A stretch of 64,000 nucleotides of DNA from positions 1,664,001 to 1,728,000 of the forward strand of contig OZ255726.1 in the NCBI GenBank assembly GCA_965277405.1, written 5' to 3'. Position numbers and translations under genes: made by a program. This document shows positions 42,799 to 53,888 of this stretch, in pieces (the stretch's first letter is position 1; the number at the start of each line of letters is the position of its first letter). The notes under the pieces are model-generated. The model made no database searches. It saw only the letters and a list, made by a program, of their open reading frames with translations, and was not told the origin of the DNA. The stretch is from Gammaproteobacteria bacterium. Lineage in GTDB: Bacteria; Pseudomonadota; Gammaproteobacteria; G965277405.

Positions 42799-43894
42799 TG
42801 CTTCCCTCATCAATGTTAAGCACATGATTGGTAAACCGCTTTGTTGCATCAAGCGTGGCAATCTCCTGTAAATGCGCCGCTTTGTGGTTGAGCAATTCAA
42901 TGGCTTTAGGGTAGTTTGGCTTGGCGTGGGTCTGTAACCATTCGCATATATACGCCACGGTGAATAGCTGTTGTCTGCAAATCCAAGCGCCACTGCCGGC
43001 CATCGACGCATTCAAAAATTGGTGGTCATCAATAGCATGTGGAAACGGCACAAACAGGCTGGGAATTGCCATAGCGATCATTTCACAAACCGATGCAGCA
43101 CCTGAGCGTACTATCGCAATATCTGCTTGTTTCCATACAGTCTCCATAGTGTTGGTAAACTCAATGACTTCAACTTCGATATTGGCAACTTGTAGGTATT
43201 GCTTTTTGGTGAATTCATACGCGCCTTTGCCGCAAAGGTGGATAATTTTTATTGATTCAAGCCCTGCGACTGCAAGTGCTTGTGGCACCAACGTGTTAAA
43301 AATATCCGCGCCTTGGCTGCCGCCAGAAACAACGAGTGTAAATTGAGTTTTTTTGGACTTTCCATTGCGTTTTTTTTGTGCGGCAACAACGATTTGTCGC
43401 CGCAACGGCATGCCAATGTGCACCATGTTGCGGTGTGGTGGCACGGTGTTAGCAAAGGTTGTTAGCAGCGAATGCGCCAGTGGTGCTAGTATGCGATTTG
43501 CAGTACCGACGATCGCATTCTGTTCATGCAAATACAACGGAACACTGCGCATCCAGGCAACGATTCCAGCAGGAACGCTCACATAGCCGCCAAAACTAAT
43601 AACTATATCTGGCTGAATGCGGCTAAATAATTGCCATATTCGAAAAAAAGATAGCTTCATTTGTATAATAGCAATCAACTTATTTTTTAATGATCTGCCG
43701 CGTATTCCAGAAACTTTAACGGTATGCAGCGGTATTCCAGATTGAGGAATGATTTCCGTTTCCATTTTTCCTTCAACGCCTAGCCAGCGGCACCAAGCCA
43801 AGTTTTTTTGTTCTAAGTGAACAGCCATAGCCAGTGCTGGCATGATGTGCCCACCAGTTCCCCCAGCAACAATCAATACCTTTGGTGTGCTCAT
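42785..43894 (-). CDS. murG: Lipid II GlcNAc transferase
   Basis: GGTGGHIMP, HEQNA, GGSQGA, RSGA, DHQ..NA. Confidence 0.95.
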   Translation of the reverse strand: MSTPKVLIVAGGTGGHIMPALAMAVHLEQKNLAWCRWLGVEGKMETEIIPQSGIPLHTVKVSGIRGRSLKNKLIAIIQMKLSFFRIWQLFSRIQPDIVISFGGYVSVPAGIVAWMRSVPLYLHEQNAIVGTANRILAPLAHSLLTTFANTVPPHRNMVHIGMPLRRQIVVAAQKKRNGKSKKTQFTLVVSGGSQGADIFNTLVPQALAVAGLESIKIIHLCGKGAYEFTKKQYLQVANIEVEVIEFTNTMETVWKQADIAIVRSGAASVCEMIAMAIPSLFVPFPHAIDDHQFLNASMAGSGAWICRQQLFTVAYICEWLQTHAKPNYPKAIELLNHKAAHLQEIATLDATKRFTNHVLNIDEGSNGST

Positions 43895-45072
43895 GATGAT
43901 GTTTGAATAATGCTTGGAGGAATGATATCGCTATTGGACTGCAGCGTATTCTTGTGAGCATGCTCAGCAACTTCTGATTGTACTCGTAATGCTATAGCTG
44001 CAAGTACCATCCATGTCACCATGCTGGTGCCGCCATAGCTGACAAACGGCAATGGAATTCCAGTAGTCGGTAACATTGCTACACTTACACCAAGGTTGAC
44101 AATGGTTTGCAGTGCAAATAATGTGGCGATGCCATACACCAACATTGCATGAAATACCAAGCGATGGGTATATGCTTGATATGCAATTAAAAAAAGGCGC
44201 CAAAGTACAAACGCAAAGCCAAGCAGCAACAACGCCCCACCAACAACGCCGAGCTCTTCAATAAACACAGCATATAAAAAATCTGTGTGCGCTTCGGGTA
44301 AATAATAAAATTTCTGCACGCTTTGCCCCAAACCTTCACCCCACCAACTACCCCGCCCGATTGCAATCAATGCTTGCGTCAATTGATAGCCTGTATTAAA
44401 CGGATCAAGCCACGGGTTTGCAACAGTAAGAATGCGTTTTACCCGATACGGCTCGAGTATAACTAATGAACAGATCATGGTAATCCCAGCTAAAAACACC
44501 GAGCAAATTATGATCCAGCGAATGCCTGCGATAAAAAACATAGCACCAATGGTGACGAGAATAACCATGAGCGAACCAAAATCAGGTTGCAACAACACTA
44601 ATAAACTGAATACTGTAATAACTATTGACGGCTGTACGAGCGGCTGCCACGAAGCAACAACACGATCAATGTGCTTGTCAAGGAAACCTGCAAAATAAAT
44701 AATTACAAAAATCTTGCACAATTCTAATGGTTGAAACGCAATAACCCCAAGATTGATCCAGCGCGTGGATCCATTAACCGTTTTTCCAATACCAGGAATC
44801 AGCACCAGCGTCAGCATCCCCATAACGGTTAATAATGCTAAAAACCGCGTGCGCTTGAGAAACTCAATTGGCATGTTTAAAAATAATGATGCCAGCAAAG
44901 CTCCACAGACAAAATACAGTAAGTGGCGCATAAACAAAAAAGATGAAGAGCCATAATTTTGTTCTGCTATCTCTGTTGATGCCGATGCGACCATGACGAT
45001 ACCTGTGAGCAGCAGCAATAGTATTGAGAAAACAAGATATGGATCAAATTGAAAAGGGGCGTTATTGTTCAC
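43891..45072 (-). CDS. ftsW: Peptidoglycan glycosyltransferase FtsW
   Basis: NGSTRW, QPDFG, GYQLTQ, LPEAHTDF, SYGG. Confidence 0.95.
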   Translation of the reverse strand: MNNNAPFQFDPYLVFSILLLLLTGIVMVASASTEIAEQNYGSSSFLFMRHLLYFVCGALLASLFLNMPIEFLKRTRFLALLTVMGMLTLVLIPGIGKTVNGSTRWINLGVIAFQPLELCKIFVIIYFAGFLDKHIDRVVASWQPLVQPSIVITVFSLLVLLQPDFGSLMVILVTIGAMFFIAGIRWIIICSVFLAGITMICSLVILEPYRVKRILTVANPWLDPFNTGYQLTQALIAIGRGSWWGEGLGQSVQKFYYLPEAHTDFLYAVFIEELGVVGGALLLLGFAFVLWRLFLIAYQAYTHRLVFHAMLVYGIATLFALQTIVNLGVSVAMLPTTGIPLPFVSYGGTSMVTWMVLAAIALRVQSEVAEHAHKNTLQSNSDIIPPSIIQTSS

Positions 45073-46481
45073 TGTGCATGCACCACTGTTGCGCTATGAG
45101 CAGCTACTAATGTGCAAAACACATCGCCGCGGTGTGCAAAATTATCAAACTGATCGAGACTCGAACAGGAAGGCGAAAGCAATAGCGACTCGTTGGCAGC
45201 AATATGTTGTATTGCTTGGGTGACTGCAATTTCTAAGGTATTGCAAGGATATACTGGCACTATCGGGCTGAATGTATTTTCGATGAGCTTGGCGTCTTTG
45301 CCAATTGCATATATTGCTTTTGTTGTCGCGGCAATGATAGTCGCCATGTTTTGTAAATTTGCGCCTTTGGCGTCCCCACCTAAAATTAAATGCACTGAAT
45401 TTGGCGCATCGCAAAAGCGCTGCAATGCAGCTATAGTTGACGCTGGATTGGTCGCCTTGGAATCATTAATATAATGTGCTCCAGCAATCTGAGCGACATA
45501 TTGACCGCGATGGCGCAAGCCCTTGAAACTGCAAATATGTTTAGCAAATTCAACAGGACTGTGTCCAAGCCCTTGAGCTAATGCCAAAACTGCTAACGCA
45601 TTCAGCAGGTTATGTTCGCCAGCAACGGCAATTGCATTGGTTGGCAGTAGACGCGTGCTGCCATAAGCAAAGTCAGCAGCAGCCGGGGGCGATGGTAATA
45701 TACCGAATTGCTGAAGATCACCTTGGCTGCTACCAAAACTTACGATTTTAGTTGTGTTGTTCGCTTGGGTCAAAAATACTGAGGTTAGCGGGTCATCTCT
45801 ATTTTCGATAGCCCATTGTGTCTGTAAGTGTACACGTTGCTTGGTTTCGTGATATTGGAACATGCTCGAATATCTATCAGTATGGTCGGATGTTACGTTG
45901 AGCACAACCGATACTAAACTGTGTAATGGCTGGCATATCTCTAGCTGAAAGCTAGATAATTCAATCACAGCACAAGCGATTTCTCCTCGCATATGCATCT
46001 GTATTATATCAAGCACTGGCATGCCATAGTTTCCGCCAGCCATAGTTATTGTGCCCGCGTTGTGCAGCGATTCTTGCAACCATGCAGTCACGGTTGATTT
46101 GCCATTGCTCCCAGTAACTGCTGCCCATGGCAGGTGATGTTGTCGCGCGTAAGCTGAAAAAATATCAATATCATTGGTCAGTAACGCCCCTGATGCTACC
46201 GCCTTCACAATTTGCGGAGTTAATTTAGATAAGCCAGGGCTTAAGTAAATATGGCTTGCAGTATTGAGTATACGTTGGTCAAGATTGCCAAGGACGATGG
46301 CATGCTCAGCTGGGTGTGAGGCAATCCAGCGCTGCCATTGGCGCAACTGTGGCGGTTCAGCACGTGAGTCAACGATGCTAAAACGCTGCTGCTGTTGGGC
46401 TAGATATTTGGCAATACTGAGTCCAGTAACACCTAAGCCCGCGATAACTGGTCGATAGTCAGATGATATCTGGTTGTTCAT
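45069..46481 (-). CDS. murD: UDP-MurNAc-L-Ala-D-Glu ligase
   Basis: GLGVTG, TGSNGKST, ELSSFQLE, NDSKATN, LLSPSCSS.DQF. Confidence 0.95.
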   Translation of the reverse strand: MNNQISSDYRPVIAGLGVTGLSIAKYLAQQQQRFSIVDSRAEPPQLRQWQRWIASHPAEHAIVLGNLDQRILNTASHIYLSPGLSKLTPQIVKAVASGALLTNDIDIFSAYARQHHLPWAAVTGSNGKSTVTAWLQESLHNAGTITMAGGNYGMPVLDIIQMHMRGEIACAVIELSSFQLEICQPLHSLVSVVLNVTSDHTDRYSSMFQYHETKQRVHLQTQWAIENRDDPLTSVFLTQANNTTKIVSFGSSQGDLQQFGILPSPPAAADFAYGSTRLLPTNAIAVAGEHNLLNALAVLALAQGLGHSPVEFAKHICSFKGLRHRGQYVAQIAGAHYINDSKATNPASTIAALQRFCDAPNSVHLILGGDAKGANLQNMATIIAATTKAIYAIGKDAKLIENTFSPIVPVYPCNTLEIAVTQAIQHIAANESLLLSPSCSSLDQFDNFAHRGDVFCTLVAAHSATVVHAQ

Positions 46482-46552
46482 AAGCTCAATCTCAGGCTAA
46501 CCCACCGCTGCTGTATTGTTGTTGTCATGTTGCTATTCATTGTTGTTATGGC

Positions 46553-47638
46553 TTAGCGCAGCTTGAGGGTAGCAAGCCCTATTGCCACTAAGACGATGGT
46601 GATAATCCAAAAGCGGACTATGATTTTTGGTTCGGCCCAGCCGACTAACTCAAAATGATGATGAATCGGCGCCATTCTAAAAATACGCTGACCGCGCGTT
46701 TGAAAGGAAGCGACTTGCAGCATCACAGACAATGTTTCGATGACAAACATGCCGCTAATAAACAAGAAAATGATTTCTTCTCGAATAATCACAGCGCAGA
46801 CCGCCAACAACGCCCCAAGCGCTAGCGAGCCAACGTCACCCATAAAAATATCCGCTGGATATGTATTGAACCATAGAAAGCCCAGACCAACGCCAATCAT
46901 ACTTGCCAAAACGACGACCAATTCGCTCGTGCCCCGTAGGTAGGCAATATTTAAGTAGTTGCTAATTTGAATATTGCCGTGTGCATAGGCGAACACCCCT
47001 AAAGCGCCAGCAATCAGAATGCACGGCACTATTGCCAAACCATCAAGCCCATCGGTAATGTTTACCGCATTACTGGCGCCAACAATCGTAAAGTATCCTA
47101 ACACGATAAACACTAGGCCAAGGTCAACAGCAACTTCTTTGAAAAAAGGTACAAACAACTGTGTTTGTTGCGGTGTGTCGCTGGTTATGTAGAGATATGT
47201 TAATACCGCAATGGTGATTAACGACTGTGTGGCAAATTTCAAAAGGGCACTAATGCCATTTGGGTTTTTGAAAAAAATTTTAATCGAATCATCTACCATT
47301 CCAAGTATGCCAAAACCTACCATGCAAAACAAAATAACCCAGATATAGTGGTTTGAGAGATTACACCATAATAATGAATTCAGTCCAATCACCCCAAGAA
47401 TCAACAGCCCGCCCATCGATGGCGTACCCTCTTTAGCAAGATGGGACTGCGGACCATGACTGCGGATTGTTTGACCATATTGGTTTCTACGCATGAAACG
47501 AATAATCATAGGTCCAAGTGACAAGGCTAATATAAGCGCAGAAAGTGTGCTGATAACAGCGCGGAACGTGAGGAATTGAAAGACATAAAACCCTGGGTCA
47601 ACTGTTTCACCCAGCCAACCAAACAGCTCTAATAGCAT
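46553..47638 (-). CDS. mraY: Phospho-MurNAc-pentapeptide translocase
   Basis: GTPSMGG, SNAVNITDGLDGL, FMGDVGS, MAPIHHHFE. Confidence 0.97.
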   Translation of the reverse strand: MLLELFGWLGETVDPGFYVFQFLTFRAVISTLSALILALSLGPMIIRFMRRNQYGQTIRSHGPQSHLAKEGTPSMGGLLILGVIGLNSLLWCNLSNHYIWVILFCMVGFGILGMVDDSIKIFFKNPNGISALLKFATQSLITIAVLTYLYITSDTPQQTQLFVPFFKEVAVDLGLVFIVLGYFTIVGASNAVNITDGLDGLAIVPCILIAGALGVFAYAHGNIQISNYLNIAYLRGTSELVVVLASMIGVGLGFLWFNTYPADIFMGDVGSLALGALLAVCAVIIREEIIFLFISGMFVIETLSVMLQVASFQTRGQRIFRMAPIHHHFELVGWAEPKIIVRFWIITIVLVAIGLATLKLR

Positions 47639-49041
47639 TGTTTTTGAACTCCTAGTTGTAAAAGTTTTTTAACAATTTTTTCCATTTTCATATCGCGACT
47701 TCCTTTAACAAGCACTTCACATTGTGCAGGGTATTGCTGTAATAACTGCTGGACTAATTCGAATGCTTCGTCAATAAGTCGGCAATGCACTGCTGGTGTA
47801 TCGCCGTGTTTATAGTTGTATGCAATAACCGCATCCATCATTTGTTCACCATAGCAAATAAGCTGCACGCCACATTCGTACGCAAATACGCCAATTGATG
47901 CATGCCAGAATTGGCGCTGTTCCCCGAGTTCGGCCATATCACCTAATATTGCGATTTTATGTTGGTGTTCACTGCTGGCAAGGGTGGCAAGAGCAGCTCG
48001 CATAGATGCAGGATTGGCATTGTAACTGTCATCAATAATGCGCTCACCACTTGCCAGTTCATGAACACGTTGGCGGCCTGATGGCGGCACAAAATTGCGA
48101 ATGTCGCTGATGATTTGCTGAATATTCAACCCGCACTTTTCGCTAATCAGCAACAGCGGTGCAATTGCATATTGCAAGACAGAAGACCGTGTTGGCAAGG
48201 GGATCATGTAGAGGTGATTGGCTATTATAAACGTTGCGCTGCTATGATTTACATCTTTGATGACACACGATAATGGCAAATTATGACTGTTGTCTGTTGC
48301 TACACCGTAGCATTCTAGCGCAACTTTATTCAGGGAGAGTTGCCGCCAAGAGGCGAAGAAGGCACCATCAGCAGCGTTCAAGAATACCGTTTTTTTGGTG
48401 TAACTAATTAATTCACCTTTGGTTGCAGCTATGGCTGCGATTGTGCCAAACGTTGCAATGTGGGAAAAGTTAATATTGGTGATGATGCTGTAATGCGGCA
48501 TTGCCAAAGCAGCACTTTGGGCGATATCACCTTGATAGCGGGCGCCAAGTTCAATAACGACAATATCAGTGTGCGCTGGGATGCTCAGCAGGGTATAGCA
48601 AACACCAAATGGATTATTATCATTCTCAGTCGTGGCATGAACAGTGCGTTGTTTGGCAAACGTTGTCGCTATCATGGCTTTGAGCGTGGTTTTGCCGGTA
48701 CTGCCTGTAATAGCAATCACCGTTCCTCTGAAAGACTCTCTATTATAACGGGCCAGCGCAGCGAGTGCTTGAAAGGTGTCTGCAACATAAATAACGGCTT
48801 GGTTTGGCAAGGGTTGATAGCTTTTATCACTGACTATTAACACCTGGGCTACGACATCTGCTAAAAAATCATGCGCGTCATATTTATCTCCAACCAAGGC
48901 AATAAAAATATCGCAACCGCTACAGCGGCTATCGCAGTAAATTGTTTGCAACGGTGTTGTTGCTGCGCTTTGATTCGATGCAGCAGTTCCTGCCACAATG
49001 TGCAGCAGTTGGAAAAAAGAGACTGTATTATTTAGCTGCAT
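47629..49041 (-). CDS. murF: MurF ligase
   Basis: TGSTGKTT, IDDSYNANP.SM, LGDMAELG, VKGSR. Confidence 0.93.
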   Translation of the reverse strand: MQLNNTVSFFQLLHIVAGTAASNQSAATTPLQTIYCDSRCSGCDIFIALVGDKYDAHDFLADVVAQVLIVSDKSYQPLPNQAVIYVADTFQALAALARYNRESFRGTVIAITGSTGKTTLKAMIATTFAKQRTVHATTENDNNPFGVCYTLLSIPAHTDIVVIELGARYQGDIAQSAALAMPHYSIITNINFSHIATFGTIAAIAATKGELISYTKKTVFLNAADGAFFASWRQLSLNKVALECYGVATDNSHNLPLSCVIKDVNHSSATFIIANHLYMIPLPTRSSVLQYAIAPLLLISEKCGLNIQQIISDIRNFVPPSGRQRVHELASGERIIDDSYNANPASMRAALATLASSEHQHKIAILGDMAELGEQRQFWHASIGVFAYECGVQLICYGEQMMDAVIAYNYKHGDTPAVHCRLIDEAFELVQQLLQQYPAQCEVLVKGSRDMKMEKIVKKLLQLGVQKQCY

Positions 49042-50482
49042 TATTCATCACCTGTTGCGCGACGCATACATCGTTAAAATCGCTTGAAGTAGCGCCGATA
49101 ATTTGTGTTTTCTCATGGCCTTTGCCCGCAATTAAGATTGCGTCAGTAGCTTGTGCATGACTGATTGCATAGCGAATTGCCGCGCCACGGTCGATGAGTA
49201 TTTTCGTTGGTGTATTGCTGCCGATCATTCCTCTTTGAATGTCATCAATAATTGATATTGGTGACTCACTGCGGGGATTATCGCTGGTGATAACAACCAT
49301 ATCGGCATCGCGACAAGCAGCAGCTCCCATCATTGCACGTTTCCCTCTGTCTCTGTCACCTCCGCAGCCAAACACTACAAAAATTGTGTTGTGTCCATGG
49401 TGGCGAAGAGCTTGCAATGCAGTGGTCAGAGCAGCTGGAGTATGTGCATAGTCCACATATACATACGGGGCTGTGCCAACACGCTGCATCCGCCCGGCAA
49501 TGGTTAATGGTTGCTGCAATACTGTCGCAATTGTTACAAAATCGTAGCCAAGGCTGGTAAGTATTGCAGCTGCAGCAAGTAAGTTTTCGACACTGTGTTT
49601 CCCAATTAAAGAAGTAGTGCAACGTTGTTGTGCTGCGTGATAGTGCAGGTTAAATGTGATTGATGTTGGGTGAAATTCAATGTTATCTGCCCAAAAATCA
49701 GCACTATTGCTGCAACCATAGCTAATGAGCTTCCCTGTTTGATGGCGGTAAAAAGCATCAATCATCTGCTGTGAATAGCGGTCATCACGGTAGATAACCG
49801 CATTCCGGCATGCGTATTGTATAAATAACTGTGATTTAGCTGCGGCGTATTGATGCATTGACTGGTGATAGTCAAGATGGTCACGGCTAAGATTGGTAAA
49901 CACAGCGGTATGGATGCAACTGTTTTTTGCAAAGCGCTGTTGCTCAAGTGCATGTGATGAAAGTTCAAAACAAACTGTGTGGGTGTTATTGGCAACAAAC
50001 CACGCCAGTGATCGATACAGTGTTGGCGCGTCTGGCGTAGTGAGTGAGGATGAAAACCATTTTTTTTTCGCGCCCCATCCAGTGGTAGCAATACAGCCAG
50101 CTGCAACACCAATGTGTTCAAGCATTTGGGTAACAATAGTGACTATTGATGTTTTACCATTGGTGCCTGTGACCGCAACGAGGTCTAATTGATGATCTGG
50201 CATTGCGTAAAACCGTTGCGCAATATGCGCGGCATTGTCGCGTAGTTGTTGATCAACTACGGTCATCACATGGTGACGACCGTTGTTTGAACAATAGTCA
50301 TCTGCGATGACTACATTGGCTCCGTTTTGGAGTGCTGCTGGGATGTAGCGCTTCCCGTCAGTCTTTGTGCCTTGATACGCTAAAAAAACATAGCCAGGCA
50401 GTGCGTGTCTGCTGTCTGAACACACGCCAGTTATGACCACATCTGTATCAAGCGGTGTTTGAATGAGTTGAGATAGTCTCAT
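49028..50482 (-). CDS. murE: MurE ligase (meso-DAP type)
   Basis: TGTNGKTS, FTNLSRDHLDYH, VDYAHTP, DNPR, AGKGHE. Confidence 0.95.
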   Translation of the reverse strand: MRLSQLIQTPLDTDVVITGVCSDSRHALPGYVFLAYQGTKTDGKRYIPAALQNGANVVIADDYCSNNGRHHVMTVVDQQLRDNAAHIAQRFYAMPDHQLDLVAVTGTNGKTSIVTIVTQMLEHIGVAAGCIATTGWGAKKKWFSSSLTTPDAPTLYRSLAWFVANNTHTVCFELSSHALEQQRFAKNSCIHTAVFTNLSRDHLDYHQSMHQYAAAKSQLFIQYACRNAVIYRDDRYSQQMIDAFYRHQTGKLISYGCSNSADFWADNIEFHPTSITFNLHYHAAQQRCTTSLIGKHSVENLLAAAAILTSLGYDFVTIATVLQQPLTIAGRMQRVGTAPYVYVDYAHTPAALTTALQALRHHGHNTIFVVFGCGGDRDRGKRAMMGAAACRDADMVVITSDNPRSESPISIIDDIQRGMIGSNTPTKILIDRGAAIRYAISHAQATDAILIAGKGHEKTQIIGATSSDFNDVCVAQQVMNNAAK

Positions 50483-52158
50483 ATTGCTGGGTAAACACGA
50501 AATATTTTTAATGCTTTATTCATAACCTCCGCGAACACTGGCGCGGCTACTTCTCCGCCATAATAGGTATTGCCATTCGGCTCATCTATAGACACGACAG
50601 CGACAAAGATAGGGTTGTCTGCAGGCACAATTCCTACGAATGTTGATCGGTAGTTGTAGCGGTATTTACCGTCGACAACTTTATGCGTTGTGCCTGTTTT
50701 TCCCGCTACTTGATAACCTGGTATTGCAGCACTTGTGCCTGTGCCACCTGGTTGCGTTACTTTTTTTAATGCCGTAAGCACTGCATTGGCAACGCTTGGG
50801 GACATTACTTTAATTTTCTGATGTGGCGTATTAATTTTTATCAGAGAGATTGGGATGTCATAGCCGCCACGTCCAAAAATAGCATACGCTCTGGCAAGAT
50901 TGGCAACTGATGTTGTCAGTCCATAGCCATAACTTAACGCACCGATATTGACTGTATTTGTTAATTCTGTAGGTAACATGGACGATGGCTCACCTGGGAA
51001 CATGCTTCCTGAGTTGTGATTAAAACCATATTTGCTCAACGCAGTTGCCAGCCGTTTTCCCCCAAGTTCAAGCCCTAACCGCACTGCACCTACATTACTT
51101 GATTTGGTGAGGATATGCTCAATGCTAATAATGCCATTGGCACTTGCATCATGAATGGTATACGGTCCGAGTTTCATTCTGCCATTTCCCGTATTGATGA
51201 GGTCATGAATGTTATGTCCATGGTGAAGTGCTATGGCAACAGTAAATGCTTTCATAGTCGAACCAGGTTCAAACAAGTCAACAAATACAGCATTTCGCGT
51301 ACGGGTGTAGTCGATAAACTTGCGATAATTTGGATTATATGACGGATAATTGGCGACGGCCAGCGCCTCACCTGTGTCGATTTTTAAGATAATCATCGAG
51401 GCGGCGGTTGCTTTGCTCCGCACTACCATCCGTTTGATAGATTGGAATGTAAAATCTTGAATGCGGACATCAATTGAGGAGCGGACGCTATTGCCTGGTA
51501 TTGCGCGGTAGACGACGCCAAGTTCACGAATCACTTCACCATGTCCATTTATCAGCACCATTTTTTTTCCAGATTTGGCGCGCAGTGCTTCATTAAAAGT
51601 TTTTTCTAACCCGGAGATCCCGTTGCTTGAATCACTACCAGTTCCATCAAAGCCTTTGTCGGTGAGGCCTATCAACTGTGCAGCAGCTTCCTGTGTTGGA
51701 TAAAAGCGTTGATATTTTTTACTGACATGAACCCCAGTTATGTTGAGCGCTTGGAGTTGCTGAGCTGCTGCTGGGGTAAGGTTGCTTTGTATCCTTACAT
51801 ATTTTGAATGTTCGTTTTTTACCAGCATTCTGCGCAAATAGCTTGGGTTGATGCCAGAAACTAATGCCAGCGCCTGTAAAGCCCTTGGCTTTCTTTTAAA
51901 TTGAGAGGCATCAATAAACCAGTCGTATACTTCTGCGCTTATTGCTAGCGGTTTGCCATTGCGGTCAAGAATATCGCCGCGATATGTTGATATATGTTGT
52001 GCGCGTACAGATCTTGCATCTGCTTGCTGTTGCAAAAACACATTATTTTTAAGCTGCAAATAGCCGATGCGTACTAGTATTCCACCGAAGAGTAATAATA
52101 AAAATATTAATAGAACGTAATGCCTACGATGAAAAAATATTGTTGATTCTGTTTTCAT
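50479..52158 (-). CDS. ftsI: Penicillin-binding protein 3
   Basis: RGDILDRNG, FEPGSTMK (SxxK), SSN, KTG. Confidence 0.93.
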   Translation of the reverse strand: MKTESTIFFHRRHYVLLIFLLLLFGGILVRIGYLQLKNNVFLQQQADARSVRAQHISTYRGDILDRNGKPLAISAEVYDWFIDASQFKRKPRALQALALVSGINPSYLRRMLVKNEHSKYVRIQSNLTPAAAQQLQALNITGVHVSKKYQRFYPTQEAAAQLIGLTDKGFDGTGSDSSNGISGLEKTFNEALRAKSGKKMVLINGHGEVIRELGVVYRAIPGNSVRSSIDVRIQDFTFQSIKRMVVRSKATAASMIILKIDTGEALAVANYPSYNPNYRKFIDYTRTRNAVFVDLFEPGSTMKAFTVAIALHHGHNIHDLINTGNGRMKLGPYTIHDASANGIISIEHILTKSSNVGAVRLGLELGGKRLATALSKYGFNHNSGSMFPGEPSSMLPTELTNTVNIGALSYGYGLTTSVANLARAYAIFGRGGYDIPISLIKINTPHQKIKVMSPSVANAVLTALKKVTQPGGTGTSAAIPGYQVAGKTGTTHKVVDGKYRYNYRSTFVGIVPADNPIFVAVVSIDEPNGNTYYGGEVAAPVFAEVMNKALKIFRVYPAI

Positions 52159-52176
52159 TGTTATTTTGTTTCATTG

Positions 52177-52464
52177 TTATTTTGTGATATAAATAATTTG
52201 TTTTTTTTGAGGCTGCTGTAACCCCATTTCTACTGCACGCTGTTCGATATAACTTGGGTTAGCGAAAGTGTTTTCTTCTAGTAATAGGCTGTTTTGATCA
52301 AGCTCTAGTCGTTCATATTCCATTATTAACTGTTGTTTGTTAATAGTGATAGACCGAGCATTGTGGCTCAAAAAAATCACAGAAAGAGCGCTAAACATCA
52401 CACTAAAAACCAGCACGTTATTGACAATGCCATGTTGCTGCAACAGTTGTTTAAGTGCTTGCAT
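52177..52464 (-). CDS. ftsL: Cell division protein FtsL
   Basis: TM plus leucine zipper LLLEENT....IEQRA..MGL..P; lies between rsmH and ftsI. Confidence 0.8.
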   Translation of the reverse strand: MQALKQLLQQHGIVNNVLVFSVMFSALSVIFLSHNARSITINKQQLIMEYERLELDQNSLLLEENTFANPSYIEQRAVEMGLQQPQKKQIIYITK

Positions 52465-53371
52465 ACTGCACCTTTTCTGCCACACGCAACACCGCGCTGC
52501 GTGCACGTGGATTGCTGTCTACTTCCTGTTGACTGGCGGTTATTCTCGAGATCTTTTTCAACCTAGCTGCGCGGAGCAGGGTGCCGGCAGCAAAATTCTT
52601 GTGCGCAAACTCTGGCGTAGCTTCGTCACGAATAAACCGCTTTACAATACGGTCTTCCAACGAATGAAAACTGATGCATGCAAGGCGTGAATGCGGTGTT
52701 AGCCAATCAATTATTGTTTGCAGCATTGCCGTCAATTGATCAAGTTCGTCATTAATAGCAATGCGAATCGCTTGGAATACCCGTGTTGCCGGGTGCTTGT
52801 GCTTATCAATGCGAGGTTGTGCTTGGCGAATGACATTGACCAACGCTGCAGTCGTGTGTATTGGCTGCCTTGCCCTAGTCGTTGCTATTGCAGTGGCAAT
52901 GCGCTTGGCAAAACGTTCTTCGCCATATTTTTTGAACACGCAGGACATTTCGTCAACACTCGATGTGGCAATCCAGTCTTTCGCGGATTGACCCTGTGTT
53001 TGGTTCATCCGCATATCAAGCTCTGCATTTTGCATAAATGAAAATCCACGCGCTGCTTGATTGATTTGCATCGAAGAAACACCAAGGTCAAACCATGCCC
53101 CATCAATCGATGTAATGTTTTTTTTTCTCAATATTTCAGGAAAATTAGCAAAATGTGCGTGATACAGGGACAGCCGCGCATCGTCATTGCTATTCGCGCG
53201 TATCGCCTCTGCATCGCAATCAATCGCAATGATTCTGCCTTCCGGGTCTAGTTTATCAAGTACTGCGCGCGCGTGGCCGCCAGCGCCAAAGGTGCCGTCA
53301 AGATACAGACCCTTCGGATTAGTAACCACTGCGGCCACCAAAGGTTCGAGCAAAACGGGAATATGATTCAT
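52451..53371 (-). CDS. rsmH: 16S rRNA m4C1402 methyltransferase
   Basis: HIPVLL, DGTFGAGGH, DLGVSSMQ, FQAIRI..N.EL, FHSLEDR, NPRARSA. Confidence 0.97.
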   Translation of the reverse strand: MNHIPVLLEPLVAAVVTNPKGLYLDGTFGAGGHARAVLDKLDPEGRIIAIDCDAEAIRANSNDDARLSLYHAHFANFPEILRKKNITSIDGAWFDLGVSSMQINQAARGFSFMQNAELDMRMNQTQGQSAKDWIATSSVDEMSCVFKKYGEERFAKRIATAIATTRARQPIHTTAALVNVIRQAQPRIDKHKHPATRVFQAIRIAINDELDQLTAMLQTIIDWLTPHSRLACISFHSLEDRIVKRFIRDEATPEFAHKNFAAGTLLRAARLKKISRITASQQEVDSNPRARSAVLRVAEKVQYAST

Positions 53372-53838
53372 GATAAAGGCAAATTCTTGTAGTCATCATT
53401 TTCGTACAGCTCCTCGACATCTATTGGCTGCTTATCCCATTGTTCGTGATGTTTTTTGCTCCAAATTTCAAAAACATCACCGGTGCCAACGAGAGAAATA
53501 TCGTGGTGTAATTCGGCATACTCACGCAGCGGCTGCGGAATAAGAATTCTACCGCTGCCATCTAAATCTATTTCATCTGCATTGCCAACAACTTGGCGGC
53601 GCAGCGCTTGGGTGAGCGGTTTATTTTGTGGCAGCTTACTGATTTGTTGCACGAGCTGCTGCCAAGGCAGTAACGGGTATAGGACTAAAAATGGCGCAGC
53701 CGCATTCACCCCGCGTGTTGCCACGAGTGTGTTGTTAGATTCTGATTGCAGCACGTCACGATACTTGGTTGGTATGGCTAGGCGACTTTGCGAATCAAGC
53801 TTGACCAGTTTGGTCCCTGTAAACTGCCCGATAGACAC
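53368..53838 (-). CDS. mraZ: Transcriptional regulator MraZ
   Basis: F.G....LDSQSRLAIP and LDGSGRILIP duplicated motifs, FEIW; probable GTG start at 53838. Confidence 0.9.
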   Translation of the reverse strand: MSIGQFTGTKLVKLDSQSRLAIPTKYRDVLQSESNNTLVATRGVNAAAPFLVLYPLLPWQQLVQQISKLPQNKPLTQALRRQVVGNADEIDLDGSGRILIPQPLREYAELHHDISLVGTGDVFEIWSKKHHEQWDKQPIDVEELYENDDYKNLPLS

Positions 53839-53843
53839 ATTGT

Positions 53844-53888
53844 TCCCAATTAATCCCAGATAGCTGCATATTACTCCATTTAACTCCA
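53844..53888 (-). promoter_or_regulatory. MraZ-binding repeats
   Basis: Five pentamers at an exact 10-bp period on the minus strand (TGGAG, TGGAG, TGCAG, TGGGA, TGGGA) directly upstream of mraZ. Confidence 0.75.
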